Of a stretch of DNA of 28,108 bases, positions 16,809 through 26,468 are shown one piece after another (the stretch's first letter is position 1; every line of letters starts with the position of its first letter). Both the position numbers and the translations under genes were made by a program. The notes beneath the pieces are model-generated. The model worked only from the letters and a program-made list of their open reading frames with translations, was not told the origin of the DNA and did no database searches. This DNA is from a virus (taxonomy: Duplodnaviria; Caudoviricetes): IMG/VR virus record IMGVR_UViG_3300032373_000088, positions 1 through 28,108 of that record; one strand, 5' to 3'.

Positions 16809-17033
16809 ATGCCGTTTAAACGTATAGAAAATGGTGAGGTTATTAAAGAAGTAGGTACCAAGCAGCCAACGGCTAAGCAGCTTGAAGAGGCTAATAAAAA
16901 AGAAATTAAAGAACAGGAAAAGCGGCGTTCTGAGCTTGAAAAAGAACGTAAGAGTGCAGAGCCTTCACCTGATACATCGGTTACTGGTCTTTCAAAAACT
17001 ACTAGTAGTAAGCCTGGTAATCGCTCTAGTTAA
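16809..17033 (+). CDS. Small hydrophilic hypothetical protein
   Basis: GAGG RBS, 74 aa, charged and Ser/Thr-rich. Confidence 0.6.
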   Translation: MPFKRIENGEVIKEVGTKQPTAKQLEEANKKEIKEQEKRRSELEKERKSAEPSPDTSVTGLSKTTSSKPGNRSS

Positions 17034-17075
17034 TAACAGTGGTATTTAATAATTCAATAGATAGAGGGTCAAGTA

Positions 17076-18026
17076 ATGCCAGATATTCAGCATGCGGATA
17101 AGCGAATTTATCCAAAAATAGAAGATACTTATAGTACGGATTCGGTGCCAACTGCAGCCGAAATGGTGCGCACGCGGGGCGTGACTTTTGCCAATTATGA
17201 GGGCGATAAACAGTCGCAATCATTCGATGGTGATAAGGGGCGTTTTCAGACATCGGTGAATGCCTCACCGCACAGTTCCGTGACGTTCGATATGGATTTT
17301 GCAGGCTCAGGTCTTGTCGATACTGCGCCGCAGTATAAAGATATCTTGCTGGCCTGTGGAATGAATGTCACTGAGAACGTTGGTTCTGATGTCAGCATGG
17401 TGCCGAGCGAGGACGTTATAACAGATTCGATAAGCATGTACTTTGCGCGTAACGAAGGTACGGGTATGGGGCTGGCTAAGTCGTTGGGTATGCGTGGTGA
17501 ATTGGGGCTTACGATTAAGCGTGGCGAAGTGCCGTTGTGGCAAATTAAGAAAATGCTGGGTACCTATATTCAGCCTGCTTATAACCCGGTGCCTTTAGCT
17601 GTGGGTGCGCCAGCTAATCAGCTTAAAGGTATTCCGGTGAATAACTTGAATACACCGACTGTGCTATTGGATAGTACGTCTATTTGTTTGGAATCATTCA
17701 CGCTGGATAGCATCGGTCACCAAGTTGATTTTTGGGATATGCCTGGTTGCAGAGCAGTAAAATCACAACCGAAGCCGATAACGGCTTCTATGGTTATTAA
17801 AGATGAAGGCTACAGCACTAAAAACTGGCTGGCGATTGCAGAGTCACATGCGGGTGTTACGCAAATTCCGTTTAGTCTTGTTCATGGCGTGACTTTTGGT
17901 AATACGTTTAGTTTGGCTTGTTCTGATATGCAGGTAACCGATATCAAGGAAACTGAGTTAAGCGGGCTTAAGGCATGGGATTTGTCTCTATCTTTATTAT
18001 CAATGCCAACATTTATTCAAATGTAA
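17076..18026 (+). CDS. Major tail tube protein
   Basis: KIEDTYSTD.VP and AGSG..DTAP.Y..IL.ACG motifs; upstream of chaperones and TMP; no sheath gene. Confidence 0.85.
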   Translation: MPDIQHADKRIYPKIEDTYSTDSVPTAAEMVRTRGVTFANYEGDKQSQSFDGDKGRFQTSVNASPHSSVTFDMDFAGSGLVDTAPQYKDILLACGMNVTENVGSDVSMVPSEDVITDSISMYFARNEGTGMGLAKSLGMRGELGLTIKRGEVPLWQIKKMLGTYIQPAYNPVPLAVGAPANQLKGIPVNNLNTPTVLLDSTSICLESFTLDSIGHQVDFWDMPGCRAVKSQPKPITASMVIKDEGYSTKNWLAIAESHAGVTQIPFSLVHGVTFGNTFSLACSDMQVTDIKETELSGLKAWDLSLSLLSMPTFIQM

Positions 18027-18041
18027 GTTTTCAATAGGTTA

Positions 18042-18110
18042 GGCTGGCTGGGGTGCCCGTGCTCTGGTTGGCCGTTTTAATTTTTACGGGCACGAATTAA
18101 TACACGGGAA
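18042..18110 (+). promoter_or_regulatory. Putative RNA pseudoknot between tube and chaperone genes
   Basis: G.U-rich stem 18042-18054 / 18061-18073; GTGCCCGT complementary to ACGGGCAC 18086-18093 and partly to CACGGG 18103-18108. Confidence 0.5.
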
Positions 18111-18116
18111 ATTATT

Positions 18117-18572
18117 ATGTTTGTAGTCGGTAAAAAAATAATCAAGCGAAAAATTGAATTTGATGCAGAAGGCGACCTTGGTGAAGTTGTGCCGTCGATG
18201 TTTGAGGTGGATATTGAGCGACCATCAAAACCAGTTAGTAAGGAGTTTAGTTTGCTCTTTGCTGGGTTCAGTGATGTTTTGTCGAGGGTGGCTAATAAAA
18301 AAGAAGATGAAAATTTTTCAGCGGTTAATTTTACTAATGATTTAGATGCTGCTGAGCAAAAATTATCTGATTTTGTAAAAGGAAAAATATCAGGCTGGAA
18401 TCATGTGTATGACATTGATAAGCAGCTTATTCCTTTTAATGCGGATAATCTTGAATCTGTTTTTGCAGATAAAGATTCGCGGCGAGCGATATTTGAAGAT
18501 TACCAACAGCTGGTGTCGGGGCGTAAAAAGGAAGCGGAAAAAAACTCAGAGAAGCAGGTCGATGTTGGGTAA
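18117..18572 (+). CDS. Tail assembly chaperone (gpG-like)
   Basis: ISGWNHV.D....IPFN..NL motif, ends ..EKN at a slippery site. Confidence 0.85.
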   Translation: MFVVGKKIIKRKIEFDAEGDLGEVVPSMFEVDIERPSKPVSKEFSLLFAGFSDVLSRVANKKEDENFSAVNFTNDLDAAEQKLSDFVKGKISGWNHVYDIDKQLIPFNADNLESVFADKDSRRAIFEDYQQLVSGRKKEAEKNSEKQVDVG

Positions 18573-18904
18573 CCGCCACGCCGCCTGCTAATCAAGAAAA
18601 GGAGGCCGATGCCCTTCGGTTAATGGGTTTCTCGGAGGAGGCTATCAAGGATGAGCTGGCTCAGGATGAGCCGACCAATTTTGAACTCTGGCCAGCGCAT
18701 ATTGATGTTTGGCGTTTGTTCTTATCTGTGTCACATCAGTGGCTTTATCACCCGATGTGCAGTCAGCCTTATGGCTTGGATTATCCCTCGGTGTGGTCTG
18801 TTTTAAAGGGCATGTTTCCCAGGAAACAACGAAAAAAATTATTCAAACAATTGCAGTTTATTGAAATAGGCGCATTAAAAGCGTGGCCAACTAAAGCAAC
18901 TTAG
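18539..18904 (+). CDS. Tail assembly chaperone gpT-like extension (DUF1799-like) reached by -1 frameshift
   Basis: A AAA AAC at 18539-18545; -1 frame open from there through ATG 18623 to stop 18904; FELWP, QW, GLDY..V, LQFIE.GAL motifs. Confidence 0.8.
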   Translation, partial: KKLREAGRCWVTATPPANQEKEADALRLMGFSEEAIKDELAQDEPTNFELWPAHIDVWRLFLSVSHQWLYHPMCSQPYGLDYPSVWSVLKGMFPRKQRKKLFKQLQFIEIGALKAWPTKAT

Positions 18905-18916
18905 TGAGTTTTTATT

Positions 18917-21900
18917 ATGGGTAAAGAGTACCGCACGGGCATTGTCATTACAGGTGATGCCAAGGGAGGCGTGCGTGCGGTAAAACTGACTGAGGCGGAA
19001 TTAAAAAACCTGAGCAATACCCAGAAAAAAGGTCAGGCGGTTCAAAAGAAGTCGCGTAAAGAAGTTGAAAAAACCAGTCGTTCCATGAAGGAATATGCAG
19101 GTAAGTTGGGTTTAGTTACAACCGCAGCGGCGGCGCTTACTACGGTTATCGGTGGCATTGGTATATCGTCAATGGTAAATGATACCGTTGCCTTAACCCG
19201 TGAAACCAATGTCTGGGCAAATGCCGTTAATGTATCAACACAAGAGCTACAGGCTTCGGAGTACGCCACGCAAAGCCTGGGTTTATCGCAGGGTAAAATC
19301 GCTGATATTTATAAAGACACCGCAGAGAAGATTGCCGATGCCTATTTAAATGGGGGTGGTGAAGCGGTCGAGGTGTTGGAGCACCTTAATTTAACGGCGG
19401 CAGATTTGGTGAATATGTCACCGGATAAGCAGTTGTTAGCGATTGCGGGTGGCTTGGGTGCGATTGATTCTAATGCGTCACAGATTCAGATTTTGGAATC
19501 GTTAGCCAGTGATGCGAGTTTATTAATTCCATTGCTTAAAAATGATGCGCAGCAGTTTAAACAGCTTAAGCAGGAGGCGATTGCATCTGGTGTTGCGATG
19601 TCGGCAATGGATGTATCGCAAATAGCCTTGCTGGATGAGTCGTTGCGCAAAGCCTCGGCTGAATCAACAGGTTTTACAAATCAGATTACTGTTGCGCTGG
19701 CTCCGGCGCTGATTGAGGTTGTTGATGGTGTGGGCGGTGTAACGCGCTCATTAACTGAGCTGGTTACCATGGATACCTCGGGTTTTGATACCACGATTAA
19801 TGGCCTGGTAACACTCAGTAAGATTGTTGCCGGTGGCGGGGTGTTGTATGCAGGCTTAACGGCATTGCCGATTATTATTGCGGCTCTTCCTGTCGGCTTG
19901 GCTGCGATAACGGCAGCGGGTGTCGCGATGATACCTGTGTTGCAGTTTGGTGTGGTAGCGAGTCTTGCAGCGCTTATTTCGCCATTAAAAGTAGGTGCGG
20001 CAATGGCGCATGTGTTTGCTGGTGGAATGGTTGATAGTGCGGCGGCCACAATGGCGAATGTTAAAGCATTCGGCATTTTAAACACAACGTTAACCGGTGC
20101 ATTTGCTTTATGGGCGGGCTGGGAATTTGGTACCTGGTTATATGAAGATTTTGTGCAGGCGCGCATTGCGGGTTTGACGTTTATCAGTGTAATGATTAAT
20201 GGCTGGGAGCGTATGAAGTTTGCGGGCCTGGTGATGTGGGAAAGCATCAAGGCCGTGGGTACCGGTGCGTTTAATGTGCTGCGCGAAATGATGAGTGATT
20301 ACTTGTCATGGGCAGCGGATGGTTTGTCTTTTGTCGGTGCAGATGAAGCGGCGGCCAATATGCAGGCGATGGCCGATGGGGTGAAGCCGGTTGAAAGTGC
20401 GTACGATCAATATAAAAAACGTCTGGCTGAATTGAATTCAGAAATGAAAGGCAATATCAATCTCAACAATACGATTATTCAGGGCATGGTCAATGTTGAA
20501 TTGCAAAATGATCGCGCGGCAAAGTCGATTGATAAAGTGGCGGGTTCGCAGAAAAAGAAAAACAAGCTTGATAAGGATGCAGGCGTAATTGTTAAAAAGC
20601 TGACCAATGATCAGCAGTCATTACTGGATTCTATTTTTCCGGCTGAAAAGGCCTTTGATGATTACGCGGATTCGTTAAATCAATTATTAAAAATTAAAAC
20701 GTCGTTGCTTTGGTCGGAAGAGCAGTATCAGGCAGCAGTTGATGCGTTAACTGAGTCTTATTTGGGGCTGGATGATGTGACTAATGATGTCGCAGTATCT
20801 ACTGACTTTATTGCGCAAATCTATAAAGATACGGCGACTTCTGTTCGTGGGGCATGGAGTGGTGCCTTCCGTGATTTGCTGGATGGCACGAACAGTTTGG
20901 CTGATCGTATGAAAAATGTGCTTAAAGACATGTTGGCGGATATGGCGACGATGGCAGCCTCTAAGCCGTTGATTATCCCTATGGTGATGAGTGCAGGTAA
21001 TGCGGTGGGTGCGCCTCTCGATGCGCAGGAGGCAGTCATTAAGCAGCTGGGTGGCGGTTCTTTGGCAGATCAAAAAGCCTGGGCTGCTGATAACCCGATG
21101 CTCGCCTCTGCTGGAGCCACACTCGGTGCAGGCTTTATGGGTTATATGGCCGGTGGTGTGGCGGCGGATATGTTTAATGTGGCCAACCCGAAGATGGCAC
21201 AAAACTTAACCGGCATGGGCGCGATGATCGGCTCATCGATAGCGTCAGTTGGCGGGCCAATGGGCGCGGCTATAGGCTTTGCGATTGGTGGCATGTTTAA
21301 AGGGGATTGGAAGACTAATGCCAGTGGTCTTGAGTTATCCGTGCGTGATGGGCAAGCAGCGGGCAGAACGTACCAAGAGCAATCCCGTAAAGGTGGTTGG
21401 TTTAGTTCGAGCTCTAATCGCACAGTGTACGGCATGATGGATCGTGAGTTGCAGGCTCAGCTGCAGGATACCTTTGGTTTTATCACTGATGGCTTTGTTG
21501 ACATGGGTGAAACGCTTGGGCGTGATGCGGAAGCCATACTGTCTAACTTTACCAGTACTTCACGCGTGAGCTTACAAGGGCTATCGAATGACGATGCAAA
21601 GCAAGCCATCGAGCAATGGGTGAAGGATATCGCGGGTGAGATGGCACTGGATATTTTGCCGATGCTCGATGGTTTTATGCAGGCCGGTGAAGGGGCGGCA
21701 GATGCTTTGGTGCGAGTGACCAATGCGTTAGTGGGTATACAAGATTTAAGTGGATCCATTGAAGACCAGGTATATATTTTGTCCAGTGGAAATACGGCAT
21801 TAGCTAATTACACTGTTGCCCTTAATAACTCAGGCCAATCAATCAGAAATATTTTAAACAGTATTTCTGAGTCCCGTGATCCAACTGAATGGCTAAACCT

Positions 21901-23485
21901 TGAACAGCAGCTCTATGATCAGGTGATGAATCGTTATCGGCTGGAACAGGAAATGATAGGTAAAATGCTCGACTCTGTACGGGTTGTAATTACAAATATC
22001 AATGGTCTTAGAACGGGTATTTCTAATGATGTAAATAGCATTACTGGCACTGTAAATTATCGCAATCCTGCTTCTATAACCGATGATTTAAATTCTATTA
22101 TTCCAGGCGGTGCGCCTGTATTAAATTACCAGACATCACCGGGTTTTGATTCTGCTGTTAGTGGTATTTTGGATAACATTACTTCTCAAAATGCGCTCGT
22201 GTCTCAGTTAGAAACTCAGTTTGCGGAAATGAAAAAAGATTGGGGCTGGCTGACAACCCAGGATGGCCGTTTAACCGATGAAGAAAATTTTGAACAAGGC
22301 GTTAATTTCTGGGTTGACCAAAAATTAGCCGAAGCTGGTTTGTCTCTTGATGAAAAAATTAACCGATTAAATGCTCGGGGGTATGCAGATTACTATACCG
22401 ATGTCTATGAAGGTTACCGGGGCGTATTGAATAAGGAATCGCAAGTTGATGCCGCCAATACTACATTATCGGGTTACAACACATCGTATGGTGATTTAAT
22501 TAGTCAGCAGGATGCAGAGCAACAAGCCGCTGCTGATGCCTTGATTGCGTACAATGCTGCACTGGATGATTATGTTTCGCTCACTGGCGATCAGGTAACC
22601 CAATTACAACGCTTGCGCGATGAAACTCTGCGCTATTATCAGGCGCAAAAACAGCTTGATGAGGTCATGCGAGGTGCAGCAGGTACGGTTGGTGATACGC
22701 TTGACCGTTTGCGTTTGGCGCAGCTTTCACCTGCGGCGGCAATGGATGATCGTTTGGCTAATTTTCGAGGTCTGGCGAGCAGTGCAAGCGGCCTGAGCGG
22801 TTATGATCTTGCAGGTGTGTCTGGTCAGTTGAATAGTTTGGTTGATCCGTTGTTATCAGATGCTAAAACACTGTTTGCCAGCGGTCAGGGTTATCAGGAT
22901 ATTTATAATGAAATTGTTAATTCATTAGGTGATATTCAATCGCGTTTGCTGAGCGAAGCACCAGTTGATTACCAGCAAGAAAGTTTAGGTTTGTTGAATT
23001 CAATCGATGGTCTACTGGGAACATTAGAGGGTGAGTTGTCGGTGGCTGAGCAAGCCATAGTAAGTGCTATTGATTTAAGTCGTATTCAAACGGTGGGTGC
23101 GCTGGAAGATATTCGGGGTTTATTGGGTGGTCAGGAGCGCACCATTGTTGATGGCTCGCATGCGAATGGTTTGTACAGTGTGCCATTTGATGGTTACATG
23201 GCGACTTTGCATGAAAAAGAAGCGGTGATTGATGCGGGAACCATGTCTGGCTTGCGTAAATATGGCGTTCCAATTAATGATAATCGCAGCGGTGGTAAAA
23301 GCTCAAAAGTATTACTGCCTGTGCTACAAAAAATTCAATCCGCTATTGAATCGGTGGGGGGTGATCTTAATCTGCAGGTGGTTACGCCGGACGGAAAAGT
23401 TTTAAAAGAAGCTGTTTTTTCTGACCTTTTGCGTCGCTCTGAAAAGCGTGAAATTGTGATTCATGCCAATGGTATTAAGGCATGA
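18917..23485 (+). CDS. Tail tape measure protein
   Basis: 1522 aa, Ala/Gly-rich helical, central hydrophobic region, C-terminal DGSHANGL..VPFDGY.A.LH..EAV motif; follows chaperones. Confidence 0.95.
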   Translation: MGKEYRTGIVITGDAKGGVRAVKLTEAELKNLSNTQKKGQAVQKKSRKEVEKTSRSMKEYAGKLGLVTTAAAALTTVIGGIGISSMVNDTVALTRETNVWANAVNVSTQELQASEYATQSLGLSQGKIADIYKDTAEKIADAYLNGGGEAVEVLEHLNLTAADLVNMSPDKQLLAIAGGLGAIDSNASQIQILESLASDASLLIPLLKNDAQQFKQLKQEAIASGVAMSAMDVSQIALLDESLRKASAESTGFTNQITVALAPALIEVVDGVGGVTRSLTELVTMDTSGFDTTINGLVTLSKIVAGGGVLYAGLTALPIIIAALPVGLAAITAAGVAMIPVLQFGVVASLAALISPLKVGAAMAHVFAGGMVDSAAATMANVKAFGILNTTLTGAFALWAGWEFGTWLYEDFVQARIAGLTFISVMINGWERMKFAGLVMWESIKAVGTGAFNVLREMMSDYLSWAADGLSFVGADEAAANMQAMADGVKPVESAYDQYKKRLAELNSEMKGNINLNNTIIQGMVNVELQNDRAAKSIDKVAGSQKKKNKLDKDAGVIVKKLTNDQQSLLDSIFPAEKAFDDYADSLNQLLKIKTSLLWSEEQYQAAVDALTESYLGLDDVTNDVAVSTDFIAQIYKDTATSVRGAWSGAFRDLLDGTNSLADRMKNVLKDMLADMATMAASKPLIIPMVMSAGNAVGAPLDAQEAVIKQLGGGSLADQKAWAADNPMLASAGATLGAGFMGYMAGGVAADMFNVANPKMAQNLTGMGAMIGSSIASVGGPMGAAIGFAIGGMFKGDWKTNASGLELSVRDGQAAGRTYQEQSRKGGWFSSSSNRTVYGMMDRELQAQLQDTFGFITDGFVDMGETLGRDAEAILSNFTSTSRVSLQGLSNDDAKQAIEQWVKDIAGEMALDILPMLDGFMQAGEGAADALVRVTNALVGIQDLSGSIEDQVYILSSGNTALANYTVALNNSGQSIRNILNSISESRDPTEWLNLEQQLYDQVMNRYRLEQEMIGKMLDSVRVVITNINGLRTGISNDVNSITGTVNYRNPASITDDLNSIIPGGAPVLNYQTSPGFDSAVSGILDNITSQNALVSQLETQFAEMKKDWGWLTTQDGRLTDEENFEQGVNFWVDQKLAEAGLSLDEKINRLNARGYADYYTDVYEGYRGVLNKESQVDAANTTLSGYNTSYGDLISQQDAEQQAAADALIAYNAALDDYVSLTGDQVTQLQRLRDETLRYYQAQKQLDEVMRGAAGTVGDTLDRLRLAQLSPAAAMDDRLANFRGLASSASGLSGYDLAGVSGQLNSLVDPLLSDAKTLFASGQGYQDIYNEIVNSLGDIQSRLLSEAPVDYQQESLGLLNSIDGLLGTLEGELSVAEQAIVSAIDLSRIQTVGALEDIRGLLGGQERTIVDGSHANGLYSVPFDGYMATLHEKEAVIDAGTMSGLRKYGVPINDNRSGGKSSKVLLPVLQKIQSAIESVGGDLNLQVVTPDGKVLKEAVFSDLLRRSEKREIVIHANGIKA

Positions 23486-24939
23486 TTTCGCTCACCAGTT
23501 GGTTATCGAAACTCGATGCGGAAAAAATCCTGCTTGTTGAAATAGACCCCGATGGTGCGCCGGTTTATATTGCGGATACATCGTACATCACTGAACCTGG
23601 TGATGTGCCAGCTAACCAGCCGTATACACCGGTTATTGCGCAAAATGGTATTCCGAGGTTGTCACGAAAAATACAGGAAGTATTTGGCGGTCGATCAATG
23701 GCGAGTTGGGGGGCGCTCGAATTAGCGACGCCGTTTGTTGGCGATGAAGATTTAGCTGCAGTTAATTTACGTGGATTGCCAGTTAACGTTTTGTTAACGG
23801 GGCCGCGTGCGCATGTTGATCATGCTGATGCGGTTACAGTGCTAACCGGTCGTATTGGGGTTAAGTCTGGTAACGTCGATGATAGTTTAACAATCGAAAT
23901 TGAAGATGATCAAGCCAGTTGGGATGGGGTTGAGTTGCCGCCTAATCAATATGATGGTACGGAGTCGGCTTCATTTCCAGTATCTAATATCGGCTTAAGT
24001 AAGCCGATATGTTTGGGCTTGTGTCGTAATGTTTCGGGCGTGTTGATTGATCAGAGTAATTTTACTTATCAGTTTCATGATGGCTCGGTTGCGGCTATGC
24101 AGTCCATTGATACTGTATATGACAATGGTGTAGCGGTTAGTGTTACCAATGTTGATTTGGCAGCCGGTACGGCTCGCTTATCAGCGCCACCAGCTGGGCG
24201 TATTACAGCGGATGTAAAAGGTGTTAAAGACGGCGTAACGTTTATCGATGATACCGCTTCTATTATTGATTGGTTGGCGCTCACTTTTGGTGGTGCGCCG
24301 ACGATTGATATTACAGGCTTACCAATAGATACCATTGGGTTTTATTTAAATAGCAGAACAAATTTATCAAATACGATTACTCGTTTAATGCAAGGCGTTT
24401 TTGGCTGGTGGGGATTTGATCGTTTAGGTGTGTTCAAGGCTAGATTGTTTCAGGTCCCTGCAGGTGATGGTCAGTCGTTTGGTGAGTCAAAACATATATC
24501 GGATTTAACCTGGTCGGAAGAAGATCAACTTATTTGGTCGGTACCTTTGGCTTATCGGTATAACTGGACAGCATTAGAGCCTGCATTATCAATTGATGCA
24601 GATACCGCTACTTGGTTGCGGGGTGATGGTTATAAAACCCGAGTGGAAGATATTAATATTAAAAACACCTGTTTACACGCCACTACAGCAACGCTTATTC
24701 AAACTTATTTTGATTCGAAGGCTGCAGTCGATGCCGTAGGCGCTAGAGTCCTTGCATTGTTTGGCGTGCTGCGCCGTCGTGCCCAGGTGTCTTTACCGAT
24801 TACGGATCCGATGCTAGAGCTTGGCGGTGAGTTAACATTGGCTGATGCTGATGTTATGGATGGCGATTATATTTTGGTTGGGTTAGCGGATGAGTGGGAC
24901 GGTGAAATACCATTGGTTAATGTGGAGTTGTGGGGATGA
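23482..24939 (+). CDS. Tail tip/baseplate hub-like protein
   Basis: 485 aa after TMP; KPICLG.CRNV and VYDNGV motifs. Confidence 0.7.
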   Translation: MISLTSWLSKLDAEKILLVEIDPDGAPVYIADTSYITEPGDVPANQPYTPVIAQNGIPRLSRKIQEVFGGRSMASWGALELATPFVGDEDLAAVNLRGLPVNVLLTGPRAHVDHADAVTVLTGRIGVKSGNVDDSLTIEIEDDQASWDGVELPPNQYDGTESASFPVSNIGLSKPICLGLCRNVSGVLIDQSNFTYQFHDGSVAAMQSIDTVYDNGVAVSVTNVDLAAGTARLSAPPAGRITADVKGVKDGVTFIDDTASIIDWLALTFGGAPTIDITGLPIDTIGFYLNSRTNLSNTITRLMQGVFGWWGFDRLGVFKARLFQVPAGDGQSFGESKHISDLTWSEEDQLIWSVPLAYRYNWTALEPALSIDADTATWLRGDGYKTRVEDINIKNTCLHATTATLIQTYFDSKAAVDAVGARVLALFGVLRRRAQVSLPITDPMLELGGELTLADADVMDGDYILVGLADEWDGEIPLVNVELWG

Positions 24940-25802
24940 ATAATAACGCCATGTTACTACACGACAATAGTGTAGATCGTGCGGTTGTGTCGGCATCAAG
25001 CGAGGTTGTCACGATGCCGGTTTCTAATTTACAAAATCAGCAACGTACGGAAATGTGGCGAAGTGCTGCGACAGGATCGCAGGTGATTGATATTACGTTG
25101 GCGGCGGGTGAGGCTCAGGTGCAAGCGTTTGCATTAGTCGATCATAATTTAACGTTGGCAGGTACGGTGCAAATTGAAGCATGGAACGATGCGTTAGGTG
25201 GTGTTGATCAAGTATTGGATTCTACGTTGCAGCCGTATCAACCAGTTTATGGTTTTGGTGATGAATTATTTGGTGAAGGTCTTTTTGGTGGTTATGACAT
25301 TTATATTGGTGGCTTGAGCATTGCTGATGCGCGTTCCGTTTTACGGCCTATCTTGATGCTGCAAATAGCGCCGTCGTTATCTGCGCGGTTTTGGCGCATT
25401 ACGATTAGTGATCCTGTGGTGACTGACTACTATCAAGCAGGCCGTATTTACTTAGGGCCTGCTTGGCAGCCCACGGTTAATTTTAGCTGGGGTTCAACGA
25501 AGGTACGAGAAAATAGGACGCGCCGTAAGGAATCGCGTGGTGGCCAGTATTACGGTAACAAACGAGTGGGTCGAACGATTTTAAAATTTGATTTGAATTG
25601 GTTAATTAATTCAGACAGTGATCGTTTATGGATTACGAATATGCTGCTAGGCAATGATACGCCTTTTATTTTAGTGCAGCGTCCCGTGGGTGGTTACGAG
25701 CAAGAGTCGACGACTTATTATGGTGTTTTTGAGCAGCTTTCTTTGCAGCAGGTTTTTCAGGGTAACTCAAAAGCGCCGCTAGAATTTAGAGAGGTGTTGT
25801 AA
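24936..25802 (+). CDS. Tail tip protein (distal-tail-like)
   Basis: PVSNLQ...WRS, ALVDHNL, ARFWRITISD, GRIYLG..WQP..NFSWG motifs; ATGA coupling at 24936. Confidence 0.65.
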   Translation: MNNNAMLLHDNSVDRAVVSASSEVVTMPVSNLQNQQRTEMWRSAATGSQVIDITLAAGEAQVQAFALVDHNLTLAGTVQIEAWNDALGGVDQVLDSTLQPYQPVYGFGDELFGEGLFGGYDIYIGGLSIADARSVLRPILMLQIAPSLSARFWRITISDPVVTDYYQAGRIYLGPAWQPTVNFSWGSTKVRENRTRRKESRGGQYYGNKRVGRTILKFDLNWLINSDSDRLWITNMLLGNDTPFILVQRPVGGYEQESTTYYGVFEQLSLQQVFQGNSKAPLEFREVL

Positions 25803-26468
25803 ATGGCAGATGAACTTACGGCTAATTTTGGCTTTGTGAAACCGGAATTATCAATCGCTGGGTGGGGGCCTAAATACCATGCTTCATTGGATGCGGTTGA
25901 TACGGTATTAAAAAGCCAGGCAGATGCTTTGGCCGCTACCAATGTACTCGGTTTGCAGACTTTGTGGGTGCCTGCGGGTGCTATGATGCCAACGGTTTCA
26001 AACGGTTGTTCACTACTGAATACGGTTGAGTTGACGGCGGGGCGGCCAGATTTACAGGTGATTGACTTTGATGCAGATGTGGCAGAGTTTGCGCAGTTCG
26101 ATTATGCGATGCCTAAAGCCTGGGATAAAGGCACAATAAAATTTCAAGTTATTTGGACGGGAGGCACGGCAGAAGTTAATGATGTTGTTTGGACATTAGA
26201 GGCTGTGGCTGTAGCGGATGACGACCTAATTGATGCGCCTTATGGTGCACAGGTGTCGGTAGTTGATACGTTTAAAAATGCAGCTAATAAGCTGGCTGCG
26301 AGTGATGTCAGTGCTGATTTAACCATTGCGGGTGCTCCTGGTGATAATGAGGTTTGTGTTTTTCGTTTAGGCCGTGATGCCGCCAATGTTGCCGATACCT
26401 ATAGCGTAGATGCCCGTCTTAAGGGTATTAAATTATATTACAGTGTTAATAAAGGTAATGACGTATGA
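25803..26468 (+). CDS. Tail fibre/adaptor protein
   Basis: N-terminal T.NFGFVKP...WG.K....LDAVD anchor-type motif and beta-rich C-terminal domain. Confidence 0.65.
   Translation: MADELTANFGFVKPELSIAGWGPKYHASLDAVDTVLKSQADALAATNVLGLQTLWVPAGAMMPTVSNGCSLLNTVELTAGRPDLQVIDFDADVAEFAQFDYAMPKAWDKGTIKFQVIWTGGTAEVNDVVWTLEAVAVADDDLIDAPYGAQVSVVDTFKNAANKLAASDVSADLTIAGAPGDNEVCVFRLGRDAANVADTYSVDARLKGIKLYYSVNKGNDV

Noticed and set aside
19042-21759. Several 70-190 aa minus-strand ORFs within the tape measure gene
   Set aside because: Typical antisense shadows of Ala/Gly-rich coding sequence; no independent signals
15516-25802. Contractile tail or tailocin/GTA
   Set aside because: No sheath or baseplate wedge genes; replication, cos and att elements indicate a true siphovirus prophage
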